A DNA stretch of 40,068 nucleotides from a virus (lineage: Duplodnaviria > Caudoviricetes). The notes below the pieces were generated by a model, which ran no database searches, had not been told where the DNA came from, and worked only from the letters and a program-made list of their open reading frames with translations. Shown piece by piece: positions 6,371 to 17,000 of this stretch (the stretch's first letter is position 1; each line of letters begins with the position of its first letter). The DNA is taken from positions 1-40,068 of IMG/VR virus record IMGVR_UViG_3300021197_001693; one strand, given 5' to 3'. The position numbers and the translations under genes are program-made.

Positions 6371-7539
6371 CTAAATAGGTAGACGTGGTATTTCTCTAAT
6401 GCTTGCCTTTTCTTTTCAAATGCATGTGTCTTAATATAAGTTTCATCAAGCTTTGATAAGGCATGGTTTAACAGCATTTCACCAATAATATAATCAACGC
6501 CACTATCTAACCAAATGGTTCTGGCTAACTTTCTAAGATCATGTGCTGTATACTTTCGTTTTGATATTTTCTGAACCATTACATTTGCAGCACTTTCAGA
6601 AATATAATCACTTCTTTGTGTAGGAAATAAATATTCACTTTTGCCAATAGTTCTTATTTGATAGGTTTTGTATTCTTTTAACATACGCTTGAAGCGCTTT
6701 GTTATTGGTAGAACTAATGCTGGTGATACTCCTTTTGTTATACTGGCTGGTAATGTCATTGTGTTATTTGTCATATCAAAATAACGCCACTTCATCATTC
6801 TAGTTTCGCCTATTCTGGTTCCATGCATCAACATAGTGGACGTTAACATTTTAACAAAGGTAATATCACCTCTAATACTTCTTAATAGCATAGGAACATC
6901 AACAGTGCTTAACGCTGAATCTTTTGGAAGTATCTTTTCTTTGCAAAAATCTTTAAATAACATTTCAGAAAGTGGATTGCCGTTTATTAGTCTTAATTCA
7001 TTGGCCTGTTTAAATGCGCTCTTTAATACGCTGAATATTTGTTTAATGGTTGATGGTTCATGTGATTCAAGCATTGGCATATAAAAGAAAGTATCAATAA
7101 AACTATGATGGAGATCTTTTATTTTTACATCTTTGAATGTTGGCAATAAATGATTGTTAATAGCATTAGCCGTATTCTTTTTAGTTTGCGGTTTTTTCTT
7201 GGGGTTTTTCTCTGTGCGATCTAAATGCCAAGCGAGCAATTTATCAACCATTGTATAATGAACAGCTGTTGCCGTTGAATCATGTAAGTTAACTTGAAGT
7301 TTAACCAATATGTCAGGCAATGCTTTTTTAATGGCTGATGTTGAAACAATGGGCCAGTTACCTATTTTACGGTAATGTGTTTCACCATTCTTAAAAATCA
7401 AACCATACCAGGAACCTTTTGTTCTATCAGTTCTAAACCTAAAGATCAGCGGTAATGATTGATCTCTTATCTCAAAAATAGCCCTTTTTGAAATATACGT
7501 TTTGATAACCTTATCGGACAATGCAACAGTAAAAGACAA
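6352..7539 (-). CDS. int: Tyrosine recombinase / phage integrase family
   Basis: HGTRIGE (R), TKG (K), HDLRK (HxxR), LLNH and ETYI (Y). N-terminal arm-binding-like and SAM-like domains. TTG start. Confidence 0.92.
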   Translation of the reverse strand: MSFTVALSDKVIKTYISKRAIFEIRDQSLPLIFRFRTDRTKGSWYGLIFKNGETHYRKIGNWPIVSTSAIKKALPDILVKLQVNLHDSTATAVHYTMVDKLLAWHLDRTEKNPKKKPQTKKNTANAINNHLLPTFKDVKIKDLHHSFIDTFFYMPMLESHEPSTIKQIFSVLKSAFKQANELRLINGNPLSEMLFKDFCKEKILPKDSALSTVDVPMLLRSIRGDITFVKMLTSTMLMHGTRIGETRMMKWRYFDMTNNTMTLPASITKGVSPALVLPITKRFKRMLKEYKTYQIRTIGKSEYLFPTQRSDYISESAANVMVQKISKRKYTAHDLRKLARTIWLDSGVDYIIGEMLLNHALSKLDETYIKTHAFEKKRQALEKYHVYLFSKDLKK

Positions 7540-7547
7540 AATAAACC

Positions 7548-7582
7548 CCTTTAATTCTTTATTTCTTTAAATCTTTATATTA
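7548..7582. repeat. TCTTTA 8-bp-period repeat x4 (site C), candidate parS/operator between divergent int and parA
   Basis: CCTTTA-AT-TCTTTA-TT-TCTTTA-AA-TCTTTA-TATTA about 40 bp upstream of parA. Confidence 0.75.
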
Positions 7583-7620
7583 TAGTTAGTTTCACAATAA
7601 CAAACCAAAGGTACTTAACA

Positions 7621-8271
7621 ATGAAAATAGCCGTTGTGAAACAAAAAGGTGGTACTGGTGCAAGTGCACTAGCAACCACATTAGCCGTTGAGTTAGCTAG
7701 ACATAGGAAATCATCAACTTTACTAATTGATTTAGATCCTAACCAGCAAACCAGTGCAAACCGTCTTAAAATGCGTTTAACGAACTGTGACGATATACAC
7801 AATGAATCGTCATTATATTTCAAAACAATCAATGATGGTAAAAAAGCCGTGAAAGAATCTAACGACTATTTTCACACTGTTTTTGATGGAGCAGCAACAG
7901 CAAGCCTTAGTACAGGTATTATATCACAAATCAGTGATCTAGTGCTTATACCCACTGGCTTTAGTAAGGATGATTTAGATCCAAATATTACTTTAGCTTA
8001 TGAATTAATGGATGCTGGTGTTCCTTGTGAAAATATTTATATTGTTTTTAGTAATGCTAGTGGCACTTATGCTGAAAAGCGTGAAGCGTTTAAATATTTA
8101 AAACAAACCGATGTTAAATTTCTTGAATTGGTGATAAACAATAAACCATGTTATAGGCAAGCTTTAAATTTAGGTAAGGTATTAACTGAAGTTTCTTTTC
8201 CTGGGCCTAAGAAAAAAGCTAAACAATTAATATGTGAATTATTTTTAATGAGAGGCTTAGATTATGAGTAA
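7621..8271 (+). CDS. parA: ParA-family partition ATPase (short, type Ib)
   Basis: Deviant Walker A QKGGTGAS, LLIDLDPNQQTS, VFDG and SDLVLIPT. No N-terminal HTH. Confidence 0.9.
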   Translation: MKIAVVKQKGGTGASALATTLAVELARHRKSSTLLIDLDPNQQTSANRLKMRLTNCDDIHNESSLYFKTINDGKKAVKESNDYFHTVFDGAATASLSTGIISQISDLVLIPTGFSKDDLDPNITLAYELMDAGVPCENIYIVFSNASGTYAEKREAFKYLKQTDVKFLELVINNKPCYRQALNLGKVLTEVSFPGPKKKAKQLICELFLMRGLDYE

Positions 8272-8479
8272 ATTAGGTGAAGCGCCAAGGCGTGGCTTTA
8301 AAAAAAATATGCTTAAGGCTAATTCGCCGAAGGATAAAAAGTTAGTAAATTTTGAAGCGACTTCTGATCAAGTGAAAATATGGAAGAACTTTTGTACTGA
8401 CAATAACGTTTCAATGAAGGAATTATTTACTGAAGGTGCAAAGCTTTATATAGAGCAAAAAGAACAAGGGAATGTTTAG
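8264..8479 (+). CDS. Small partition partner (ParG-like ribbon-helix-helix candidate)
   Basis: 71 aa overlapping the parA stop. Flexible basic N-terminus, then LVNFEA strand and two helices (WKNFC...VSMKELF). Confidence 0.7.
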   Translation: MSKLGEAPRRGFKKNMLKANSPKDKKLVNFEATSDQVKIWKNFCTDNNVSMKELFTEGAKLYIEQKEQGNV

Positions 8480-8508
8480 GGGTTTACATTTATGTAAACA
8501 TTAGAAAG

Positions 8509-8534
8509 AAAAAAGCCCTGTGGTAAGCAGGGCT
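8509..8534 (-). terminator. Rho-independent terminator
   Basis: AGCCCTG/CAGGGCT stem preceded by an A-tract on the plus strand. Confidence 0.6.
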
Positions 8535-8702
8535 GTAAAACAACTAAGGTTTTAACAATGTCCACAAAGAAGATTAACGAACTAAACGGGTTAAGTCTAG
8601 CTAATTTGATTAAATTACCTAAAAACATTCTTAATTCATACCTAAAACATAAAGGGATAAGGATTAGCGATCAAATATTAGGTTTAGCTTAATAAATAAA
8701 AC

Positions 8703-8732
8703 AAAGCCCTTAGTTTATCGCTACGGGCTTTT
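8703..8732. terminator. Probable bidirectional terminator
   Basis: AAAGCCC.TAG / CTA.GGGCTTT stem directly after the HD gene stop. Confidence 0.6.
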
Positions 8733-9258
8733 ATCTTTCCAACTCTTTAAAACGATTCATAAACCTTTCATAAGAACGCTTTTGATCCCACACTTCACTA
8801 ACTCGTAATATTTTATTCATTGGTATATGGTCCAAGTTATAAAATGTTTCATCAGTTCCAGGCATTAATAAATCACGCTCAGCTTTCAACATTGTAAGAT
8901 CAGCTGTTTTTATTTCTGGTGGTAATGGGTGCTTTACCCCAAATGTTTTGAATAAAGCAATTTCAATAATGCTTTCTATTTTTTTATAATCAGGAAGTAA
9001 ATTTTTAAGTGGTGTTGAAACGTCACCAATTATTGCTTCAGCACTATCATGCATCAATGCATCATAAGCTAAATTATCAGGAACCAAGTAGGAACAAAGC
9101 ACTGAATGTTGTGCAACTGAATAAAATTCAGCGGTATGACCATTGAAACGACAAAGGTTTGATAATGACCAAGCGATAGTTTCAATTTTTATTTTGCTAA
9201 AATTAGGGTTTAATAAATCAATGTACTGATCTTGTTTAATGTGAATTAGGCTTTTCAT
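8731..9258 (-). CDS. HD-domain phosphohydrolase (YfbR-like 5'-deoxynucleotidase)
   Basis: CRFNGH..FYSVAQHS, ALMHDSAEA.IGD and ADL motifs. Confidence 0.85.
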   Translation of the reverse strand: MKSLIHIKQDQYIDLLNPNFSKIKIETIAWSLSNLCRFNGHTAEFYSVAQHSVLCSYLVPDNLAYDALMHDSAEAIIGDVSTPLKNLLPDYKKIESIIEIALFKTFGVKHPLPPEIKTADLTMLKAERDLLMPGTDETFYNLDHIPMNKILRVSEVWDQKRSYERFMNRFKELER

Positions 9259-9884
9259 TACTTAATAACTCCCAACGATGAAAAAACTTCTTTGAACAAA
9301 TCTTTTCTTGGTCCAATGTAAGTAATAATTGAACCTTTCGTTACTTGGTTAGTTTTGTGACCATTACTATCATTGTATTGTGTTCTACCATTGATAAAAC
9401 AAGTGACACCAGCGTTCAATAATAACTGACACCATTTTTCGGAACTGTTGCAAAACGTAATATTGAGTGATTCTTTTACGTTACCCACTAAATGCTCAGA
9501 CAATAATTTTTCAATCCAATCAAGGTTACTTGGAATATCTTCAGTTATACAATGGCCCCTGGTGATCAAATTGCCTTGCTTGTACTTTGGAATACAATTT
9601 TTCTTCTTGCAAATTTTCTTACGGCCTTTTTTCGGCTTACAAGCTTTTTCACCTTTGGTAAACGGGTGATTCATCCAAAGTTTAGCGGCTATCCAAGGTT
9701 GTTCTAAACCATTTTGTTCTTCAGTGAAATATTCTTTAGCCTGAACCGTTGTGTTAGCCAACTCACAAGAAGCTGGATCCAGATCTATTTCACTAAACAT
9801 TTTATGAACCAATTCTATAATTTCATAGTTGGTATAGTATTCAACGTTTCCACTGTCTTGATTTATTAATTTTGAATTGTTCAT
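9258..9884 (-). CDS. Phage DNA N6-adenine methyltransferase family protein
   Basis: EYYT, IDLDPASC..AN, NGL.Q.W and WMNHPF (variant of NPPY). Cys-rich basic insertion. Confidence 0.75.
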   Translation of the reverse strand: MNNSKLINQDSGNVEYYTNYEIIELVHKMFSEIDLDPASCELANTTVQAKEYFTEEQNGLEQPWIAAKLWMNHPFTKGEKACKPKKGRKKICKKKNCIPKYKQGNLITRGHCITEDIPSNLDWIEKLLSEHLVGNVKESLNITFCNSSEKWCQLLLNAGVTCFINGRTQYNDSNGHKTNQVTKGSIITYIGPRKDLFKEVFSSLGVIK

Positions 9885-10153
9885 ACATCACCACTTTTTA
9901 AACGATTTGATGCTTCACGCGCTAAATGATGCTTTGCTTTTAGTTCAGGATTTTTAAGAATATCTAATTGTTCAATAGCAAATTCAACTTGCTTATCTAA
10001 TTCAAGTATTCTTTGGCTTGCTTCAACTAATGCTGCTGATTGAACATCACCTTTAAGTTCAGTGAACTCTTTGGCTATTATAGCAACCGCAACAGAAAGA
10101 ATTTTATTATCAGTTTTTTTCATTTGTGCAACCTTACAATCATTGGTTATCAA
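9881..10153 (-). CDS. Hypothetical protein
   Basis: Helical ORF with a 4-nt overlap with the MTase. Start uncertain. Confidence 0.6.
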   Translation of the reverse strand: MITNDCKVAQMKKTDNKILSVAVAIIAKEFTELKGDVQSAALVEASQRILELDKQVEFAIEQLDILKNPELKAKHHLAREASNRLKSGDV

Positions 10154-10259
10154 TCAAAATCAAGGCTCCATTTGGTGATTGAATCCAAACCTTCAGCCGC
10201 ATAAGCCTAGGAGCAAAACTAGTATAGCAAAGAAACACAAAAAATAAAATTTATCTCCT

Positions 10260-10714
10260 TGTTGCTAAACCGATGCGAAGCATCAACCCCGTAGGGTAAT
10301 CCCTATAATAATAAAACCTAACCTATGTGGTCGAATGACAAAAGGCTATATCAACAAGTGTCTTTATCTAGCCCCTAGCGAAGCTAGGAAATGGCTAGGC
10401 ATTTTATTTTTTAAAGTTATCACCGTTATTAACAGAATATTGATGCACTATAACAATGTATTACTTCTTAAATATAGAACCTGTGGTTTTGCGCTTAGTA
10501 ATTCCTTGTGTGCAGATAATGTTTTAATCCCGTTTGCACTTAACAGTGAATAGTGGTGTTTTTCACCCTTTGCCTGTGGATAACTTTTCATAACTTATGC
10601 TTTACCTTAGTTTTTACTTTTCCTGTTGCTTGTTTTGGTGTTGATAAGTCTGTTTGCTTTTCTTTAGATGTGACAAAGCCCCCGAATAAATCAGGTTCTT
10701 TTTCAAAAGTTTAT
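10260..10714. other. Putative replication origin downstream of repA
   Basis: Non-coding region with a perfect DnaA box TGTGGATAA 10575-10583, one-mismatch boxes at 10426-10434 and 10639-10647, an AT-rich stretch and GCGAAGC hairpins. Confidence 0.7.
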
Positions 10715-11575
10715 TTAGTGTTTAGTGTCTGACTGATGAAACAGATCAACGCCTATAGCGTTCATACGCTGCCATGTAAGCTTGCTAAACGCCTCATAGC
10801 TCATATCGTGTATTTGATCAGGATCTTGCTTCATAAGTGACTGTGCAACATCATAACGCCTATCATCAATTGACTTATTAGCAAGTTTAGCTTTTATTCT
10901 TCCAGCCCTTGCACCATGCTTTCTACTTTCCCACGCTTTCATAAAGATCATGTTTTTCTTTAATTGGCGAAGTTCACGAATAGTTGGCATTTGACCATCA
11001 GTGATCAAACCTTCTTGCTTGGCAATAAATAACTGATCACGTTGATTGTTAAGGCTTTCTAAGTTAGCCCCACATATTCTATAAAACTGATCTGTTAACA
11101 CTAATATTTTAGGGAACCATATTCCATTGGTACGATCCCAAACCATTCCGGTTCGTCCTGTTTTATCACCATCACATTGAACATAAGCCAAGCCAAAGCG
11201 GATCATTACATCATCAATAAAGCGGCTAACGCGGCAAACAGGAACCTTTGATTTGGTTTTTATCTTTACACCATTATCATCTTCAGTAATTGAATATGAT
11301 AATTCTTCAGCCATTTGTTCAAGGTTAAGTTCAATAATGCCTGTCACAAGATCATGACGATTTAAGATAAGCTCAAACATTGCTTGCATAAATGTTCTGC
11401 GGCAACGTTTAAAATCACGCTTGCGCCCCATAACAGAACGCAATTGAACGAATAGAGGATCACGCGATACATCACGCTTTTTTAAGAAATTATACGTTTT
11501 ACCAAGTTCACCTGGTAAGTTTTTCCAGTGTGCAGGACGTTGCCACACTGGATTAGTGTTTATACAATTGGACAT
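10715..11575 (-). CDS. repA: Plasmid replication initiator, IncFII RepA-like
   Basis: 286 aa. The order NTNPVW, GRKRDF...RR, HDLVT..IELNLEQMAEEL, VCRVSRFI...FGL, WD...G.WFPK.LVLTDQF parallels IncFII RepA. Confidence 0.75.
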   Translation of the reverse strand: MSNCINTNPVWQRPAHWKNLPGELGKTYNFLKKRDVSRDPLFVQLRSVMGRKRDFKRCRRTFMQAMFELILNRHDLVTGIIELNLEQMAEELSYSITEDDNGVKIKTKSKVPVCRVSRFIDDVMIRFGLAYVQCDGDKTGRTGMVWDRTNGIWFPKILVLTDQFYRICGANLESLNNQRDQLFIAKQEGLITDGQMPTIRELRQLKKNMIFMKAWESRKHGARAGRIKAKLANKSIDDRRYDVAQSLMKQDPDQIHDMSYEAFSKLTWQRMNAIGVDLFHQSDTKH

Positions 11576-11608
11576 TGTAGTTACCTTTTTATTTACCGTT
11601 TGCTTTAT

Positions 11609-14020
11609 TTAAGATGGTGAATGTGTGTTAGCACCTGCACCATCATTCCATGTTGAATTAGGGTTTGATCCTGTAGCGTATACAGGCTTGTTTGCTGTTG
11701 AATCAAAAACTTTTTTACCTTCCCATTTGTTTTGTGTGTTAATACTGTCTGATATATCACTTAATCTAGTACCAACCATAACCTGCCCCAAATCTTTAAA
11801 CCGAGAGGGGAGTACAGCATACAGAGTTTCTAAGCTTCCGACGTTCGGAGCACGAATATCATTAATATCTTCTAACGTTGGACCACTGTTTGTAAATGTT
11901 CTAACACCATAAAAGTAATTGTCCATTGTGTTGATACCGGTTACATAAAACTCATCTACAAAACCCCCAATCCCGATACCAAGCTGATAACTGGACGTGG
12001 GAGTACCTAAGTCCACAAAACTATTAGACCCTATATATACATCCCTTACCGTACCATTTGAATTATTACCAACAAAACCAATAGCCCCGTCTACCACAGG
12101 ACTTGCTTGCATGTAAGTCTCTCCGTGATTGCCACGAACCGTAACATGCTGAAATCCACCTTCAAACCCGTGCAGTATTATAGCGCTGCTCCAGTATCTA
12201 GATGTGTTGACACTGTTGATATGGTTATCCGTAATAAATAAACCCTTGAATGGGAATCTTGCGGACTGCCATTGGTTGCTAGCATAGATAGCTTGGAACT
12301 TGTTAGCTCCCGTTAGACCAGCTTTAATAAAATTATTATGTATAGTTATCTGCTCGCAAGGTCCGTTTTGAGCCGCGGTACTTATACCTCTAGTATCTAC
12401 CCTGATACCAGTCAAATCTGCAGCCAGAGTAACCGCGCCAACTTCGACATCCTCAATCTGATTTAGCTCTATGACAACATTACTACATGAGTTAACTCTT
12501 ATAACAGAGCCATAAGAATAGAACCCTTTAAATTTGTTATTATATACCACTATGTTTTTGTTACGTACACCACCCCCTGCTTGCTGCGACTGGATATTAA
12601 GCCCCCCACCCCAAAACACGCCATTAGGAAGTCCAAGTTGATCACAATCACATAAGGTAATAAGTCCGCCCTCTACACCCGACTCTAGGTTTAGCGGATA
12701 CCAACCGTTGTTTTTAAATTTAACACCAACCGAGCTAAAGGTGGTGCAATCTCTAACAAAATAACCAGCCCCTGATGTGTTTTCAAGAACACTATAATCG
12801 TACGTGACCCTGTCAACGTTGTTGGAGTATAGGGCGTGAGATACTATTAAGTTACTAGAACCAGTATTTCCGTCGGAGTAAAGCCAATTATCTACCTTGA
12901 CCTTTATGGTGTGGTTTTTGTATTTGGTAGCCCCCGAAGTTTTACCCGAGTAAACAGCGTACTTATTACCTGTTGATACTGTTACAAAGTCACCTCCATC
13001 AGCATCAATAGAAAATTCAATGTCCACATCATCAGTTTCAAATGCCAAAACCCTTACCTGTCCAACACCTAGATCGGGAAAGATTTTAAAACTATTACCT
13101 GGCTTATAAACCCAAGGCGTAGTGATTAAGATTTCTTTTGTAATTCTAGCTGTTCCAAACACAGATTCAGGTTTTGTTGTTCCATTAGCCCAAGCAATAA
13201 ATGCATCAGAATCATCTGTAACACCATCTAAAACCAAACCAAACTGTTTTGCATTTGCTGTTTCTGAATTTCGTAACTTTACTTGAAGTGGTAAAGAATC
13301 ATGATCATATACATCATAAATACTTGCACCAACGGGAAATGTTCCTGCTGGAAAGTAACCCCATACAGAATCACCACCATCACCTATTGAATTTCTTCCT
13401 GATAAGCGCACAGACATTCCGTTTTCAACATCTGTTCTTGATCTGGCATCTAACAAGTTAGGTGAATGTTTTGTTGTTACTTGAAATTTATCATCTACAT
13501 AAAGAACTGTTGCACCTGTTAAATCTGAAGTTATATCACCTTTTCTTAAGGGTTCTGTATCACCACCAGGAACAGGAAGGTTTAAAATCCTGTGGTTATT
13601 CATATCAATATCTTGCAACATTTTATTGTTGCCACCAAAACGGTTTAATGCTTTGTTTAAATATTGTTGAAGGATCATTATTAATTTATCAAAAACAGTT
13701 TCATGAACTGAGGCGTTGAAACGCCCTTGATTTCTTATTGATGCAGTTTGCGTTAAAGGTAATTCACGGGTAATAATTAAGGTGTAGTTTGTTGGTAATG
13801 GTGAACCAGAAATTGGATAATTTATCTGCCCACCATTTCTTTTTTCGCCTAGTGGCAAAGTGTAATCAATATCTTGTGTTAACGGTGTTTCAACACCGTT
13901 TGAATCAAAGATAGAAACAAATATTTCACTATCATTAAAAAAAGGAAAGTTAAACGGGAAAACCGTTGTTGAATCATTCCCGTCATATTCAATATTATTA
14001 CTTGTGGTTTCAACGGTCAT
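11609..14020 (-). CDS. Tailspike / tail fibre with a beta-helix (depolymerase-like) domain
   Basis: T7-gp17-like N-terminal anchor (YDGNDSTTVFPFNF...ITRELP), AKQFG..DGVTDDSDA entry motif and N/I/G-rich beta-helix repeats. Likely ATG at 14020. Confidence 0.88.
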   Translation of the reverse strand: MTVETTSNNIEYDGNDSTTVFPFNFPFFNDSEIFVSIFDSNGVETPLTQDIDYTLPLGEKRNGGQINYPISGSPLPTNYTLIITRELPLTQTASIRNQGRFNASVHETVFDKLIMILQQYLNKALNRFGGNNKMLQDIDMNNHRILNLPVPGGDTEPLRKGDITSDLTGATVLYVDDKFQVTTKHSPNLLDARSRTDVENGMSVRLSGRNSIGDGGDSVWGYFPAGTFPVGASIYDVYDHDSLPLQVKLRNSETANAKQFGLVLDGVTDDSDAFIAWANGTTKPESVFGTARITKEILITTPWVYKPGNSFKIFPDLGVGQVRVLAFETDDVDIEFSIDADGGDFVTVSTGNKYAVYSGKTSGATKYKNHTIKVKVDNWLYSDGNTGSSNLIVSHALYSNNVDRVTYDYSVLENTSGAGYFVRDCTTFSSVGVKFKNNGWYPLNLESGVEGGLITLCDCDQLGLPNGVFWGGGLNIQSQQAGGGVRNKNIVVYNNKFKGFYSYGSVIRVNSCSNVVIELNQIEDVEVGAVTLAADLTGIRVDTRGISTAAQNGPCEQITIHNNFIKAGLTGANKFQAIYASNQWQSARFPFKGLFITDNHINSVNTSRYWSSAIILHGFEGGFQHVTVRGNHGETYMQASPVVDGAIGFVGNNSNGTVRDVYIGSNSFVDLGTPTSSYQLGIGIGGFVDEFYVTGINTMDNYFYGVRTFTNSGPTLEDINDIRAPNVGSLETLYAVLPSRFKDLGQVMVGTRLSDISDSINTQNKWEGKKVFDSTANKPVYATGSNPNSTWNDGAGANTHSPS

Positions 14021-14024
14021 TTTA

Positions 14025-17000
14025 TTATCTCTCGTTAGCAGGTCTTGCAAACATTAAATCATGCGTGAATTCCCAAACATCTTCTGGTTCATCTTGCCCT
14101 GTCATTATATCATAAATATATTCGCCAGTTATCCAGCCTTGTCTACCTGGTAAAGCACCCCAATAACTAGCGGCTAATACTGCGGCTTTAACATCACTCT
14201 TTGTTATTTCTTCACCAGCTGCGGCTTTGAATGGTATTTTAACAGCTTTAACGGTCTTTTCAAATGCATCAAATGCTGGTGATGCAGTGTAACCGTATGG
14301 ACCTAAACCATTAACCACATCGCGCACACCTACCACTGACATAAACGGGTACATACCGACATGTTTTGCTGCCCAAGGTAGCCAATCTTCATCTTCATCA
14401 GGAAACCTTGAAGCTGCCATTTCACCAAGTATTGCTGGTGCCATCCATAAAAATATAGAACTTGCAGCCAATTGCGGAACACTTAAATCACCTTTAACAA
14501 ACTGATAACCACGCTTTTTCAATAGGTTAAATAGTACATTAAAATAACTATAGAACATAGTGAACAATTTAAAAGTGTTTGAACCGCGCTGTATTTGCGC
14601 TAAATCCTTAATATTACCAGCTGATTGAGTAACACGAACCGTTCTATCTGCATATTGAATAGCCGCATTTTCATCACCCTTTGAAACGTTATCAACTAAA
14701 CCATCCATAGCTTGACGATAAGCACCTAACCAAGTAGGCATGGCAACACCCATATCAAGTAAACCTGTCATATAGAAGAACGATTGCCTAACAGCATCCA
14801 TTTTACCTTCTTTTTCAATACGCTTGATTGTGTCTTTTATATCACGGTCAAAAGTTTTTTGTCTGTTCTGCATCATAATAGAACGATCCATAACAAAATT
14901 ATACTTGGCTTGCATTTTTGATTTACTACCGTAAAAATCAGTTAAACCTTGCCAAGCGGACTTAACACCAATTTCATCAACTGATTGCAAGTAACCTAAT
15001 GGTTGAGCAAATGCGGTGGTAAACTTCCAACCCATATTAACAATGGTTGCTCCTGTTCTTGCTTTGGCAAATATTTCTTCCCAAGCACTAAATATTTGTT
15101 GGTTGTCTTGTGCAATACCTTGTAACCAAGGGCGAACTTGGCGGTACATTTGCTTACCTGCTGAACCCTCAATAGCCTTTTTAACACGTTCATTGTTAGT
15201 TATCTTGTCAACGTCCATTAAAGCGCGCCTATGCGTTAAATCATGGATAACGTTGTTCATGTGCCTACCAATAACATCTAATGTTAATTTTACTGGTCTA
15301 CCTGCAAAATCTGTACGTTCAATGGTGTGGCCTTTTTTAGTGGCTGGTTTTGTGTAACTATTTTCAAAAAGAGATTGATTAAAGTTCTTTTCATCACGCT
15401 TAAATACATCCCAACTTAACGAAGAATCACCCACTATTGGGTAATAACCACCATTAAAAGTGCCATGTTCATTTTTTATTTTAGTTGGTAAAACCTTTTC
15501 AGGAGCAAGACCAGTTAAATCTTTTTGAAGTCGCGCTGTTTCAGGCCATAATTCATCAATCATATCCCATACGGCTTGTACAGTTTCCCAATCCTTTTTG
15601 TCTAACTTGGCTAAGATTCTTTGAATTTGAACTTCATTCCAACCATAACCATCCATTAATGCTTTTTTGTTACCTGGATTACCCGTATTTAAAGCAGCTG
15701 ATAAAATAGCGGCTTTGTTCATTGCGCCAACGGTAGGAATGTTATATTTATCTGTGTACCACTTTGAGCGCTCTTTAGCGGTATAACGATCAAATATATC
15801 GGCGGTTTTTTTTGTATACTCACCTTGCATTGCTTGTTCTGCAATATCAGCATCAGCAAGTGGCTTAAATAATGTTCGCCATGCATCACCATTAGCTTTA
15901 TAACCATCAAGAAATTCAAACAAAAATTCCATCTTGGTATGGTAAGCAACAAAACCACTAGCTTTTTCTTTTAAGGTATCAACAAATGTTTTAGCAAAGT
16001 TTGGTTCATCATCTTTAACTTTATAGTTTGCTTCAATTGAAGAAACAACTGAATCAACCGAACTTTCAAAATCACGTTCAGCCTGATCAGACAGTAATTT
16101 ATTTTTAAAAGTGGCAATATGATCAATGTTTTGAACTGCATCTTTAAGACCAACTAGTTCTTCAACTGTTAAATCTTTCCAGTTAGTTACTAACGTTTGT
16201 TGAATTAATGATTCAGGAATATCAACAGTCCAACCATTTTCTTCTTGCTCAATAATGAAGCGTTCTAATGATTGACGTTTATTTAATGTTTTAAGTGATA
16301 CTTTTCTGAATTCTGTTTTCTCTAACAATGAATCAATTTGCTCAAGATAATCACCACCAGCTTTACCTATTTTTTCCCTGGTACTTCTTTTGTTAAATTT
16401 ATTAAGGTAACGAACTGCTATTTCAGTTTCTTGTGCAGCATCACGCGCAGCATTACCCATATAGAAATTTAGTATTTGACGTTGTTTAGCTTCAGCAGCT
16501 AAATCGAAGTCACCTGCTATTACTGCATCAATGGCTTGCTTTGCGGATTTACGTTCTGCCTGAACAAATAAGTTAGGATGAACATCACGTACTAATTTAC
16601 GGTTAATAGCATTATTAGCAGCTAATTGCATTTGATCAGCTGGTGTTGCTTTTTGTGCATTACGTGAACGTTTACTTAATGCTTCAAACTCTTTGTTTAA
16701 AACTTCAATTTGTTTAGTGTTGTGAACAGATTCCATTGCTTTAACTGGCAATGTACCATCGGTGTTCATATCACCGAACTTTTCACGCATACGTTCTTGA
16801 ACGGTAGCATCAAACGCATCTTTATATTTTGGCGCGTTAATAATATCTTGAAGCATTTGATCACCTGAAGAATAACCAAACAATATTGCTATATCATCTT
16901 GATGCGCTCCACCTTCAACAGTATAAACATACGGGCGCGGTAATTGTTTAAGGAAAGCAGTTCCGTAACGATCAACCAATGCCTGTTTATTTATTTTTTT

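Noticed and set aside
6352-7539. Phage recombinase as the integron integrase IntI
   Set aside because: It lacks IntI-type motifs (GKG.KDR, HTLRHSFATHLL and the IntI-specific insertion), has an arm-binding-like N-terminus and is not adjacent to the attI-like site. Activity on attC is not excluded experimentally.
8731-9258. DatZ of a 2-aminoadenine (Z-genome) pathway
   Set aside because: No PurZ, MazZ or phage polymerase. A generic HD nucleotidase is sufficient.
11609-14020. Diversity-generating retroelement as in BPP-1
   Set aside because: No reverse transcriptase and no TR/VR repeat pair seen.
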